Shown: positions 1-23,143 of the stretch, piece after piece
Position numbering within the stretch: the first letter of the stretch is position 1
Layout of the letters: every line of letters begins with the position of its first letter
Source: the human T2T-CHM13v2.0 reference genome, Homo sapiens
Reading direction: 5' to 3' (one strand)
Length of the DNA: 64,000 bases
Assembly (NCBI RefSeq): GCF_009914755.1
Contig: NC_060930.1
Position numbers and translations under genes: made by a program
Notes under the pieces: generated by a model
The model's database searches: none
Told to the model about the DNA's origin: nothing
The model's input: only the letters and a program-made list of their open reading frames with translations

Positions 1-310
<310 letters not shown>

Positions 311-1177
311 TAGGAGGAATCCCTAGAAGTGGATTTGCTGAGGGCTGACACCAGAGTTACCAATGTTCTCTTTTCTCTAAAATCTATTAACTTGTTCCGA
401 CTATATCACCTTCTTCATGACATGTCACTGTCCAGCTACTGCACCATTTCTCTGTTCCATTTTCAAGCAGAATAACCCTAGGTGTTTAAAGAATCTCCAA
501 TTCTTCTCCTTTCTCTCTTAAAATCATTCTAATCAGGCTTTCCCCCCAGCCACTCCATCAAAACTCCTCTTGTCCAAATAACCAACCATCATGCCCCCCC
601 CCCACATATATACACATACTCACATTGTGTCAAATCCAATATGAAATCTCATTCATCATCTTACTTGATCAGACAGTAACTTTTGAGATAGATGATCATT
701 TTCCTCTTCCAGATACATTTTCTCACTTGGATTCCAGGACACCACACACTCTTGGTTTCCCTTTCAGCTCACTGGACACTCACTTTGCCTCCTCATCCTA
801 TTGACCCACATTATCTGGGTGATCTCATTAAGTCTCCTAGCTTTAAAAACCATCTCCTTGCCTATAAGTTCCAACTAGTGTCTCTTGTCTAGTCCTCACC
901 CTTAAACTAAAACACAAATATCCAAACTCATACACACTGAAAACTTACCATATCTATTAACAACTCCTGATCTTTATTCCTCCTGCTTTAAAAAACAAAA
1001 CCCCACCCCAATCTTTCCCTTCTCTGTAAATAACAATGGCCATCCCTGCAGCTGCTCAAGCCTAAGACCTTAGAATTATTCTAAATCATTCTTTATCTTA
1101 CACCACCTTCAGTTTTTCAAGAAATCTTATTGTCTCTATCCCTAAAACATATTTAGAATCTAGACTCTCACCACTTT

Positions 1178-1975
1178 TGATGCAGGATTTTTGACCCCTT
1201 TGCGGGACTCATGACAGGGGTGTCCATTTACTCAGCCCATCCCATTTGGTCCCTCGTGGGAGGGAGCATGTAGGCAAGCAAGTGCAGGAACTGGCCAGCC
1301 GCTTTAGTGCCAGCAGTACCAAACCTCAAGGCCCCAGAGGGTGTGTTACAATGATCTCTTAGCTCCACCATCTGCAGACAGCAGTGTGTTATCAGCTCAG
1401 TGGGCCCCTTTGCCTTGTCACATGGGGTGGCTGCCTTTCACCAGCAAGGGCAAAGGGCCAGTGTGACAGTCTTTTTGGGTACCTTCACTTGGTGGGTCCC
1501 GAATTCTTGTCTGGTGCCCAAGAAGAATGAGGTCATGCAGACCAAATGAAGGATGGGGAAAGTGAAGAATTTTATTGAGCAGTGAAAGTGGTTCTTAGTA
1601 AAGAGGGGAGCTGGAAAGGCAATGGGAAGGGCAGGTCACTCTCCCCTGAAGTCAAGTTGCCTCTCTTAACATCCAGCCATTGTCTCTGAAGTCAAGTGAC
1701 CTCTCAATGTCCAGCTGTTTCTCCTCTTTACCAGTTGAGTCTCGGGTCTTTATAGGCACAGGATCAGGGGGAGCAGACCACAGGTAGTTTTGGAAAAGGC
1801 AATATTCGATTGGTAAAAAGACATTCTTCAGAAAGAACCAATCAGGAGAGAGCAGGCAAACAGGGAGAGAAGTTCTCACTTTGAGCGATGGGTTTCAGGT
1901 TTTTGGGCTTGAAGCTGGGGCTTTACAAGGGACCTACCCCTGTCTGCCTAGTTTCTCTGCCTCCTGTCTCCATCA
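1178..1975 (-). mobile_element. ERV1-class solo LTR (MER50/MER52-like)
   Basis: TGATG...CATCA termini with a perfect 4-bp TSD CTTT (1174-1177 and 1976-1979). It interrupts an L2. Confidence 0.8.
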
Positions 1976-2115
1976 CTTTTACTGCTCCTACTCTGGTCTA
2001 GTATTCCTTTCCTGAATTATTAAGAGCCCCTAACTAGTCTCCCTGCATGTGCCCTTAATCCCTGTATCTAGTTACAACACAGAGGCCTGAGTGATCCTTT
2101 TAAAATGGAAGTCAG

Positions 2116-2422
2116 GGCCGGATGTGGTGGCTCATGCCTGTAATCCCAGCACTTTGGGAGGCTGAGGTGGACAGATCACGAAGTCAGGAGATCGAGACCA
2201 TCCTGGCTAACACGGTGAAACCCCATCTCTACTAAAAATACAAAAAAATTAGCCAGGCATAGTGGCAGGTGCCTGTAGTCCCTGCTACTCAAGAGCCTGA
2301 GGCAAGAGAATGGCGTGAACCTGGGAGGCGGAGCTTGCAGTGAGCCGAGATTGTGCCACTGCACTCCAGCCTGGATGACAGAGCAAGACTCTGTCTCAAA
2401 AAAAAAAAAAAAAAAAAAAAAA
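2116..2422 (+). mobile_element. Alu (AluY/Sc-like)
   Basis: Full dimer, long poly(A), TSD core gaagtcag. Confidence 0.93.
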
Positions 2423-3398
2423 GAAGTCAGATCTTACCACTCCTCTGCTCAAAACTCTGTATAGCTCCTCCATTTCGCCTAGAGTAAAAGCCAAAATTCT
2501 CCCAATGCTCTATAAACCCTGAACTCAATGTTACCTTCTGACCCCCAACAGATCCTCTCTGATTTCATCCTCTACTTTTTTCTCCTAGTTCACTGCTCCA
2601 GCCCACCCAGACCTACTAGCCATTTGGTGAAGGAACCATGCATGTGCCTGCTTCAGGGCCTTTGCACTGGCTGTTCCCTGTGTCTGCAATGTTTTTTCAT
2701 CCAATATCTTCATAGCTTGGTCCCTTGCTGCCTTCAGGTCTTTGCTCAAATACCACTTTACCTCTGAGGTTCTAAGTGATGTCCTCTTTTCAAAGGGCCT
2801 CCTCCCTTCTATGCTTACTGTCCATTTTCTGCTTTTTTCCCATAATATATCTCTTCTTCTGATACTTTTTTTTATTTGTGCATTTGTTATTTTTTTCGAC
2901 CCCAAAATGTATTCATAAGTGCAGGAATTTTTCTCTAATTTGTTCAATACTGGAAGAGAGTCAATGTTACAGATACGTATTTAATGCTTTTAATGCAGAC
3001 CTCAATTTGCTTCTAAAGAAATGAAGGTACAGTGTTTAAATAAGTAGACAAGGTGGAGAAGGATGGCTCATGTTGAGGCCACAGTATTGACAAAGCCACT
3101 GAAATGCAAGAAAGCAAAATGGTGCGCTGGATGCCAGGTGTTTCTGATGTATCAAGGGTGGGATACAGGATCTACTTACAATAGGAACACATAAATGGAA
3201 CAAGGCAATATTTTAATGGAAAGCACAAAATCAGCTTACTCCACAATAAGAAAGAAGAAGATGAAATGAAATGAAAAGAGTTCCACACGAGGATACTGAC
3301 TGAGGTACTGGGACACTTAATGAAAACTTTCACCATAAAAAAGTTGACAAAGTACTAAATTCTGTTTGGGAGGGCAGCTGTCTTTGAAAAGGTAAGAA

Positions 3399-3440
3399 GT
3401 CTATGGCCATACCACCCTGAACGTGCTGGATCTCATCTGA
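3399..3440 (+). pseudogene. 5S rRNA 5' fragment (nt 1-42), tailless retrocopy
   Basis: gtctatggccataccaccctgaacgtgctggatctcatctga against 5S GTCTACGGCCATACCACCCTGAACGCGCCCGATCTCGTCTGA (37/42, three of the five differences being CpG transitions), flanked by degenerate direct repeats. Confidence 0.88.
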
Positions 3441-4504
3441 CAAAGTAATGAAAACTACGGCTTCTCCCAAGAAAATTGCACATATCTACAAAGTTTGGAG
3501 AGTCTACAACCTCCTGAAACCTATGCATGAACCACCACAGGCCAGTCATTAAGAATCTCAATCAAGATTAAAAAAAGAATCCTGGTTAAGAAATATTATT
3601 TCAGCATGATAATCACTTGTACAGAAATGATGCTTAGATAAGGATATGGGTGATTGTAACATTGAGTTATAACATTTTGCATAGATCTTTGTTTTTTTTT
3701 CTTTTTAAATTGCTCAGACTATTCTCTATAACAATTGTGCAATCTTTGAAGCTGAAGTTTATTCCACTAAAAGAGAATTCAACCACCATATCTTAAATAA
3801 TATGTAGAATCAAGTATCCCAAAATCAACTCAGTGAACATTCAGATTGAAAACTCCTTGTTTTAAGCTTGATATCAATAACATTATGAAGTTCACAAGAT
3901 AATCAGAAGGAAGACTATTTAGGTACTGGTAATTCGATTTTTTAAAAAATTGAAATTGGCAAACATTCCATCCAAACAATCTAAGCTATGGTCTGTCTTC
4001 TGTACAACTTTATCACTAGGCATCTTTCATCTGAATAATTCAGTAAAATATTAATAATGAGTCTTTGCTTTTCTACCAAATATCCCTTCTCTCTGTAAAA
4101 CAGAATCCAGAAATAATTAGTGGGAAATTCAGCTTGAATAGTTTTCCTTGGTCAGATAGGTCTCTAGAGAGAGGTGTGGTAAGCAAAGGGAAAGGGTCTT
4201 GTTTACATCCTAAATATAAACAGCTCTTTATTCACTGAGGCCATTCTTTGCTCTGTAGTAATGCTGGTGCAGAAAACTCTCTTGTCTGAAATCTATTCCA
4301 TATCTGATATCTGATGCCAACCCCTATAGTGATAAAGGCCACAGACACAAATCCAGAGGCACCGAATCTAAACAGTCAGTCCTGAGAGGTCTCTCTGGTT
4401 GGTTTCTTTCCCCTGTTGCCATTCATCAGAGGACGAGTTTACCAACAGCCATCAGCCAAGCACATCCAAACTGGATCCAGGCCAAGAGCAAGCAGCATTG
4501 TTGA

Positions 4505-4750
<246 letters not shown>

Positions 4751-6968
4751 TAAAATGTAGTGGCAGCATTTTGTCTTACAGCTATAACAAAAATAGGAAT
4801 TCACTGATTGGCATGGTCTAAAGGGGATAAATTGAAAGTTGCATTTTTTGGACAAGGATACATTCAAGTAAAACTTGGCACAACTATATCCTAGGAACAC
4901 TTGATATCTGAAATATGTTGAAGAACACCTGAAAGCAGCAGTCAACAGAGGTGTTACAACAGAAATGCCTCAGTGTTATAACTTCGCTCTTTGCTCAGTA
5001 AGCAATGTCTACATATACAAAAATAAGAGCCTCTCTTTGGTCCTGGCTGTGTATTAACCACTGTTTTTAAGTGTTAGCAGAAACCATGCATCTTACTTCA
5101 GGTAAGACAGCAGGGGGTTAAAGAGATTTTGTCTCTCACTAAGAAATGCAGCAGCTGCTTTTGCTTTGTCTGGCAAATCACCAGTGCAGTCTCCGTAGGA
5201 AGCAGCACTAAGGACAAATATTTGTACAAACCTAAAACCTAAGAATTAATTTTATAATCAGAGGAGAAATGAGTGACACCGCCGACAACACAAGAAAGAA
5301 GGAAATCAAACTATTTTCTTGCTTTCTGGAAAACCAACTGGTGAGATTAGTATTTAAGTTCTCCAAAACCACATTTTACAGAAAAAAATACATAAATATA
5401 TATTGATGTGGATATTGAGAAATCCTTTAGCAGTTACACCTGTAATTGGACATTTCTTTAAAACATCCCCGAACAACAAATGCCTTTAGCCAATATAAAC
5501 ATCAGAAAAACATTAAAAGTTAAAAAATAACTTTGAGGCGGGTAAGCAAATTAGGATATTTGACTAAAAAAGACATCCTTTCCACATTTAAAAAAAATCC
5601 AACAATTCTAAGTAATATAACATAAATAATTAAATAAGCAAATTAAGGATACTGTAATGAATTTGTCTGATAGCACTGGGCCTCTCTTAACTGGAAAACT
5701 CCTTTGTCTCAAGAAATTGTACTAGTTTGCTGTATAAAAGTCTTCTAATGCCACTTGCTATGTGGACAAATTTAACTCAGCCAACGGAATAACTGATTAC
5801 AGCAGGGACTGTGGTATTTCTCCTTTCTCAAATTTTTGCAACTAGTATTGAGAATACCTTAAGTAGCATAATTATAAACAAAGGGTCTATTACATAAAAC
5901 CTTTTAAATAGAACATTAAGTATCTGTATATTCTATGCATACTGACTTTCTATGATATAATAGAGAATTTAAAATTTATGGCCACAACTGATCAGAAACT
6001 GTTATCATCCATATTATTGATAGAGAATGAAATAAAAATAGATTATGAGAAATGGTCCATGCTTATCAGGGTTTAAGTATTAAAAGAGATAATAGCCAAA
6101 GCTATTATTGAATTATTAAGCTAGTATAAGCTATTAAGCTATTATTTAATCATTAAAAATGTTAAAACTTTTTTGGTGATTCATCTAGAAAGAAAAAGCA
6201 AATTATAGTTAAAATGTTCTTACTCCAACTTGATTTCTTAATAATTATAGCAAATTTATGAGTTCATCTACTCTTACAGTCTTTGTAATCAAAGTCCTTA
6301 TTATGTCACAACAGATTTTAAGTTAATAATTCTGATATCAAATTAGATTTTATGTAAGAAAACCGAAGGAATTTATAGTTTAGAAATTTAACAATCGCAT
6401 ACATAAAACATAAGAGACTTTTTCTGAAAATATGTATTTATTAAAATATAAATTTAGTTATGCCAGATTTTATCTTCTAGCCGCACCAATAAATTTCTAG
6501 ATTTCTCTGATTATCTTTAGTATTTTAGGTTTAGTAAACTTGACTGCTCGAGTCACTGAGATATAAATATATAAGTACTATCACCAAGTGCTTTACACAC
6601 TTTAATTCATTTACTTCTCATGCTAACCCTTGAAAACGGATGTTATTAATTCCATTTTATAGAAGAGAAAGCCTAGGCCCAGAGAAGGCAAGTGAACAGT
6701 CCATAGTCACACAGTGTTAGAACATTATAGGAATTCAAACACAGAGCTGTCAACCCCCAAAGATGATGCTCTGCTTCTCAAGAACACTATTTTTATGTTC
6801 TTTAAGCTAAAATATCTTAATTCATATCTTACCAAGGACAAAATATCTGGAAATATAAGTATTAAATAAACCATCTAATTTCAAGTCAAAACCACACACA
6901 TAGTTATAAAGTCTTTAGGGAATAACAAAAGATTATACAAACATCTAGCATTATAAAATGCTGGCTAG

Positions 6969-7689
<721 letters not shown>

Positions 7690-8528
7690 TAGGTTTTCTT
7701 TTAAATAAGCAAGGAGCTTAATATTCTGTTTGCTTATTTTAAACATAATTACAAGGCTTTAAAATATTTTATTTTCCTCCATAGTAGATACTAACATTTA
7801 CACTTGTTACTATATGCTTTATAAAAGAGAGAAACTTTTTAATACTTCGTTATTTCTTAGTAGCCTTATTAAAGGCAGTCTCTGTGCAATTAGGAACAGT
7901 ATTTTTTTTTAACGTTGCTTTTCTACTTTGCTGTTTAAGCATCATTTCATGCCTATTGTATTATTTATGCCATCAGGAGCCATTATAATTTCTGTGAGCT
8001 AATATTATAAAATCGATACCTTTTAGGTTGCCCAAGAATTTATCTGTAATTCTTTGTCTTTAAAAAGGTAAAATGTTTTCATATTTATCCTACAAGTTTT
8101 ACAAAAACAAATTTAAAGAATTTAAAAAATCTCATTCATCATACGCACCATCAAATCCAAATTCAGTTATTTACATTTGACATGCATGTAATATTTACAT
8201 GTGCTATGAACACATAATGAGATTTTGTTCCAGAATTAAAGAACTTAAGTGAGTCCCACATGATCTGTTAGTGGCAATAAATCATAATTGGTCTCATTCT
8301 AAATAAAATAAGTACATAAATAGTAAGAATTTTCTTTCAAGAAAATGAACAGCGGACCTACTAACTAAAATTTATTTCAATATTTTTACTTCGTGGAAAT
8401 TTTGTAAGATCTCATCAACATATACTTTTTGACATATACTTTTCTGAATTCACACTTTATTGTGTAAATTAATATTATTTCATATAGGCTTAAGCTCACT
8501 GGCATAAGTAAATGATAGTGATTTTTTA

Positions 8529-9331
<803 letters not shown>

Positions 9332-9360
9332 AAAGGGCTCACCTGGACTGGAAGAGCAAA

Positions 9361-9366
9361 AATAAA
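9361..9366 (+). terminator. Candidate SMIM28 polyadenylation signal AATAAA
   Basis: AATAAA lies 30 nt after the stop codon. Confidence 0.5.
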
Positions 9367-10597
9367 CTGCTCTTGGGAATCATACAAAACACAGCTCTCC
9401 ACCTTTAATACAGCACCCATGAGAAGAGGGAGAAGGGCCCCTAGACCCAAGAAGCTGCTATTCATTGGCCAACCTCTGACAATGGGGCACTTCAGGCTGA
9501 GGGCAAAGCTTGGCAAATGCCAATCTGGTTAACCTATCTTCACATTCCTTAGGGGAAAGTTTCCCAGGTTCTTCTAAAGATGACTGCACTCTCCTAAAAT
9601 GTATAACACTCCTGAGGAAAAAAAGGAAAGTTCTATGTGAGTTGAAAAAAAAAAAAACACTTAATTACTAATGAGCACAGGAACAGGCTCTGAAGGGCAA
9701 GAAAAAAAACTCTGGACCAGCCAAAGGTAACTACTTTTGCCACCAAATAGAACTTTTCTTCCCACACCAGTTTTTCAGGGTTTCATGGTTTGTTTCACTT
9801 CTGTATGAATGCTCCAAGATATAGAGAGTTCTAGCAGGAGTAAAAGACATCTCTAGAACTGCAGGGGATAGTTGTGTTGTAAATAATGGTGAAATATATT
9901 ACAATATTAGCAATGAAAGTATAGATATTCGCAAACATTTTAGTTAAAAAATAATAATAAAGCTGTCCAAAGTTATCTTCTTTGTAGTGTCACCTTGCTT
10001 ATTTGTCTTCTGATTTGCTTCCTTGAATGGGGGAGGGATGTGGCTTAGTGACATGGGATTGTCTCACACTAGGATATTATGGGTCATCTGACAGTGCTGT
10101 GGCAAAAGAGAGAGCTTCTGCTATAACACATTATCTTATTAGACATCACTTTTATTATATAACACTACCATGTAATAAGTCACGTATAGCACTGTGACTG
10201 AATTTGTAGGCTTCACCAAGCAACAATGACAGCAGAAATCAGGTTAACATTGGAAAGGAAAGGTCAATATTTTGGATTACACGGTAAAGAAAAAACCATT
10301 AGTTCCAATAGGGACCTTATAGCCACATAGTTCAAATTCTTGCTTTATAGACATCAAAGCTAGAGCTTAGAGAGGTTAAGTGACTTGCCCAACGTAACAT
10401 ACCTTGTAAGAGGCAGAGCCAAGAACAGAAGCCTGGCCTCTCTGTCCTGGGCAGAAGCATCTTCCACTGTGCCAGATGTTATCCCCAGAAAATTGCAAAG
10501 GTCGAATTTCAGCCCAGGCTCCTGGAGGATCAGGGCTCTCAGAAGGATTAGCACAGTTGAGAGTGGAATTGATATTGATACAAGATCTCCCTCTGAG

Positions 10598-13990
<3,393 letters not shown>

Positions 13991-14529
13991 AAATAGAGCC
14001 AGTGATTCTAATATGAAGCCAAGATTGAAAGCAATTACTCTAGGTAATATGAGTGAGCCACAAAATACAGGTGAGTTTCAACGCGGACAGATTTTTGTTA
14101 ACAGGTTTAGAGAAAATGAGATCTGTATATACAGTTTTGGGCCTTCACTTATAAGCCAACATTCTCTGTAAATTGTTTCCTGACGCCATTAACCAAACAT
14201 GCAGCTGCAGCCAATTCAACTCACAAAGCAGGATTTGCAGGCAGAACATAGGTAACAACAGTGTAAACAGTACATCCTTGTTTAAATGTTGACACAACTG
14301 GCAAACACAAGTAATCTGGTTGTTAGCACTCCAAGAAAAAGTGGAGTTGAAGAAAATTCGCAAATAGAGGAATTAAACCGTTAACCACTAAAAAGTAGTT
14401 TGGGAAAAAATAACTTTAGCAAGAAAAAGTTAAGAATGGGAAATAGAATTAGTGAATAGAATGTGGACATTTCACTAAATGCAACAGTGGACCAGAAAAT
14501 ATCTTTATCATTTTATAAAAAGGAAATGA

Positions 14530-18393
<3,864 letters not shown>

Positions 18394-18513
18394 CCCTCCA
18401 AGTTTTTATACAATGCACATAGTTGGATGTTTTGAAGGGCCAATATTTGCATTCTTCGTCTACTGGATTCTGAACAAATTGGAGAAAAAATTAAATATTC
18501 TGATTTGAAGTGC

Positions 18514-20093
18514 TGAATCTTCCTTTCTCTACATTGTTCATTATTTATTGGTTCCTTTATCATATTACTAGGATCTGAGGGTTGTTGGGACAATCCAATG
18601 TTAAAACACACATCTGCCTAAGGACAGAGCAAGCATCAGCTCCTATCTGTATTTACCAACCCATGTTATACATCAAGCACTCTCACTCTCTCATAAGGAA
18701 ACTAAAACATCCGAATTGCTTGTGGTAGGACCAGGGCCAATCAGGCACACCAGGCACCATCCCCAAAGCTCACCTTACCTTTAGGGTCCCATGAAAATGT
18801 TTTAATTTATTTTAAAATCAGAAGAAAAAAAAACTCTTGGGATCAAAGATTATATTCATCTTTACACCAATACAGTCATAAAATGTAATTTGTATATTTT
18901 ATAAGTTTCACGTGGAGGAAGGAAACCACGAAGGCAAAAGTGCCTTAGGCCTGCAATAGTCACAATGTAGCCCTGGGAAGCAGGTTATCCTGATTCAATG
19001 TAAGCAAAATTCAGACAAGGAAACAAGAAATTGGATGTTTTTTCAGAGAAAATAAGAATTAATTTCTCTTTCCTCCCCAACACACATTCAGTGGTCCTAG
19101 CCAGACTTTCATTCCCTTATTTTCTCCCATTTTGCTAATGCCATCATAACAATAAGTTATAAAGTGATGTTAATAAGTTTTCTTCTATATGCAGAACATA
19201 TAAGAACATATGTCATTGAATCTTCTTGGCTCTAAATTATTCATTATTTATTTATTCCTTTATCATACTAATAGGATCTACTTCAGAGGTTTATTGGGAC
19301 AATCCAGTGTTCAAACACACATCTGCCTTAAGGACAGAGCAACTATTGCAAATGGAGTGTCCTCTACGTCAAGTGAAGGTCTAAGGGAACTCTAGCTGTG
19401 AGAGCAATACAAATGGATTCCAACCTTTCTGTACGTCATCCACAAAGTTCTCATGCCTGGAGAAGCTAATGGGCAGAGGACCAGGAGAGTTCAATTAATG
19501 GATCTCAGGGCTTAATGAAATGGCCCAGAGTTTTCATTCACAAAAAATCATACTCACAACTATCATTTATGGGGACACAACATGCAAAATATTGGGCTAA
19601 GCGATAACTGAGCATTTCCTCTTAGAATCCTCAAAATTGTATGTGATGAATACCAGCCATTTGTACCAATGAAGAAAGAGATTTGGTGAGGCTGAATCTC
19701 ATGCCCAGGGCCAGAAAGTGGCAGAGGTCAGATGGAAACCCAGATTCTTACATGTGGGTTTAAGCCAAGCAGAGCACCCTCTTCTGACCTGGTGGAGGGT
19801 GGCTGCCCATGTTGAAGGACGCAGGCTACAGATTTTATGACTGTGGTGAGACTAAAATCATGGCAGTCCAGAAACTGATGCCCAATTCCTGTTCACTGGT
19901 ATTAACAACATCCCAACACTTAACACTCTCACAAGTAGAATGAATTGTGTACTAGCCACAAAAAAGGGTATGACTTTGATTGTCCTATACTTTAAGTGAA
20001 TGTCTAAAGAAACTCTAGCTGTGAAAGCAACATTCATGGATTCCAGCCTATCTGTACCTCATCCATTAAGTCCTAATGCCTGAAGAAGCTAAT
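18514..20093 (+). repeat. Interleaved diverged local duplications (18514-18632 ~ 19217-19342; 19371-19470 ~ 19994-20093)
   Basis: Alignable by eye, e.g. aaacacacatctgcct(t)aaggacagagcaa occurs twice and aactctagctgtga.agcaa...atggattcca.cct.tctgtac.tcatcca occurs twice. Confidence 0.85.
18732..18975. mobile_element. hAT-type MITE
   Basis: CAGGGC...GCCCTG terminal inverted repeats around an AT-rich core. Confidence 0.5.
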
Positions 20094-20480
20094 AATGTCA
20101 GGTCATCATGTGAACCTGGAAAAAAAACACATTTCTAAATATTAAATAAGCAAATAATAAAACCAAGTAAAATATAATTTTATATATTTAAATGTATGGC
20201 AATGAAAATGATGAGTATAGACTATAAAATAATATCATATAATCCATGTTAATACACAATAGTCTTCCTTAAGTATAAATACAAGCTAAGTATCCAGAGA
20301 ATCAACCCCAAAAGTACTGCAATGATTGGAAAGGCTGAATCAGGTTTCAGTTGGACAGGAGACAGGGATAGTCATCTAAATTAGTGTTCTTCGAGGCATG
20401 GTCCATGAACTGATGCTGGCTCACAGGCTACTTGTTGACAGTCTGAGATAAGATAATAAGAGAAGTTGAGAGTAAGCATT

Positions 20481-20971
20481 TGTTACTAAAATGCCAGGGG
20501 TTCCATCTAAGTCCCATGGCTCACCAAACAGAAAGCCAATCACTGAGACAAGTATTGGCAGGGAAGAAGTCTTTACTCAGCTGCTGCAGCTGAAGAGATG
20601 AGAGATCTGTCTCAAATCCCCAACCAACTAAAATTAGCGGTGTATATAGCAGGGAAGAAATATAACTATGTGTGGGAAAACAGGAGTTAGGAAGGGGTAA
20701 GGAAGAGGAGTTGGTTAACAAGAGGCAAGTGGTCGGTTAGACAATCATGAAGGGTAAGGGGTCTGGCCTCACTGGCCAGATGCAATGATGCAATGATCTT
20801 GTAAGTTTCAGTTCCTTGATACTATCTGGGAGGCCTGACGGTTGGTTTCCTGAGAAAGGAACTCAAATAAAACAAAGATAACTTTCTAAAGTTTTAAGAC
20901 TGGGCCAATTTCTATGTTTATTCAAAAGAAACCATGAACATCAGTTCTATGGCACAGTTGGGCTGGTTTCA
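20481..20971 (-). mobile_element. MER4-group ERV1 solo LTR
   Basis: TG...CA termini (minus strand begins TGAAACCAGCCCAA). The flanks catt/tgtt are consistent with a CpG-decayed CGTT TSD. Confidence 0.7.
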
Positions 20972-21881
20972 TGTTTAGAGACATTTATAGCAACTTATTT
21001 TTTACAAAATCCATGCATGTGATCAGTGGACTCATCTCACTGATATTGGTATAGACCAATTAAATTACTACAGAACTTGTGGGTTCAGTAGCCTATAGTA
21101 TGAGCTGCACATGGTCCTGTGCAGTAGACACTCATGTTGGTTTAAGATGAACTGGAAATTTTAAAAATATATAAAGGATCTTTCATTGCAGATAGCTTGA
21201 GAGGCACTGATCCAGAAGATGAGATGTTACTCGTCTCATTACTCAGGCATTACTACTAAACCTTTTCTCCATGGTAGTGGATTTTTTTTTTTTTTTTTTT
21301 TTTTGACAGGGTCTTGCTCTATCACCGAAGCTCGAGTGGTGTGATCATGGCTCACTGCATCTTTGACCTCCAGGGCTCAAGTGATCTTCCCACCTCAGCC
21401 CCACTAGTAGCTGGGACTATAGGCTCAGCCACCATGCCCAGCTAAATTTTTAAAAAAAAAATTTTTGTAGAGACATGGTCTCATTATGTTGCTTAGGCTG
21501 GTATCAAACTCCTGGGCTCAAGTGACCCTCCTGTCTCAGCCTCCTAAAGTGCTGGGATTGCAGGTGTGAGCCAACACGCATGAGCTTGGAGGCAATTTTT
21601 AATCTGTTACTTATCTCTTCTGTGCCTGGGTCTCATTGTGCACATGTAGACACTCAACTGTAGAACAACCTAGGGAGACCATTATGCAGGACTTACGAGC
21701 AGGCTGAGAACTGACTAGTTTGCAGATCTGTTAAAGGTGCAGGCAGAGGAACTCCTCTTCTGGGAAGTTGGACACTGAACCTCTGTAACACCTATGTTCT
21801 CAGTCATTAGGGAGTCAAGTCCAATTCCTACTAATTCTTTATCTTAATAAAGAAATAATGCAGGCCAAGCATGGTGGCTCA

Positions 21882-22184
<303 letters not shown>

Positions 22185-23143
22185 TCAAAGAAACATCTTA
22201 GCAGCCCTAAATTTTTGGGAAATGGTCTTTCATCAAGTGATCTATTAGAAACATTTTACCTTAGCTGCATCAAAGATTAGTTCCTTTTAAGTGCTTTTGA
22301 GAATGTGAGCTATCTAGTTGTGATATATTTGGTCATCTATTTTTAACTTCAAAGCATAAACCTTTTAAAATCAGTATGGATGAGCCTCTCTTTTTTCATA
22401 AACACCTCCAACAAACTTAGAAGTTATATCAAGCCTCACTCTGATTAAAATTGGTATTTTAATTTTTAAAAGCATTTCCAGGTTTAGACTTTAGCTTTTT
22501 TATCCTCAACCCCACAACTCAGTGTCTCTTCATTTTCTGTGGCAGATAAGAAAGGTGGTTCTCAGGTGTTCCTAAAAACACTCAATTCCTATCTATGTGT
22601 CTGCCAAATTCTATGACTGGCATTCATTCAACATTTATCATGCAATTATGGATCAGGCACAGAGTAAAGCGCTCAGTGTAGGAGGCGCTTCACAGGTGGC
22701 TTTGTGCCTAAATCATTAATGGGTATTCTAATTCTCGTCAAAACTGAAGGAGAAGCCAGCCAAAAGAAAAGACTAAATTTCTTGTTAGAATACCAAGTTG
22801 CTACCCATTTTACAGTTATCACATATGAGACAGTGGTAACTATAGGGGGACCAGATAACCAGGTAACTGCTGAGAGCGGTGGCATGCAGCTGTAGTCCTG
22901 GCTACTCAGGAGGCTGAGGTAGGAGGATCCCTTGAGCACAGCAGTTCAAGGCTGTAGTGCTCTGGGATTGTGCCAATCACAATGTTATTTTTAAAAATAA
23001 CATTATGCTTGCACTCCAACTTGGGCAACATAGTGAGGCCCTGTCTTTAAAAAAAAGAAAAGACCAGATATTTAACTATGTTATGAGTGCATGGATGACC
23101 CCAGAAAGGCCAAAATCAAATACTATTTGTTGATAAAACCCAT

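Larger units (their letters stand above)
340..2950 (+). mobile_element. L2 fragments interrupted by a solo LTR and an Alu
   Basis: Pyrimidine-rich L2 3' signature, e.g. cttcagggcctttgcactggctgttccc at ~2650. Boundaries are approximate. Confidence 0.6.
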
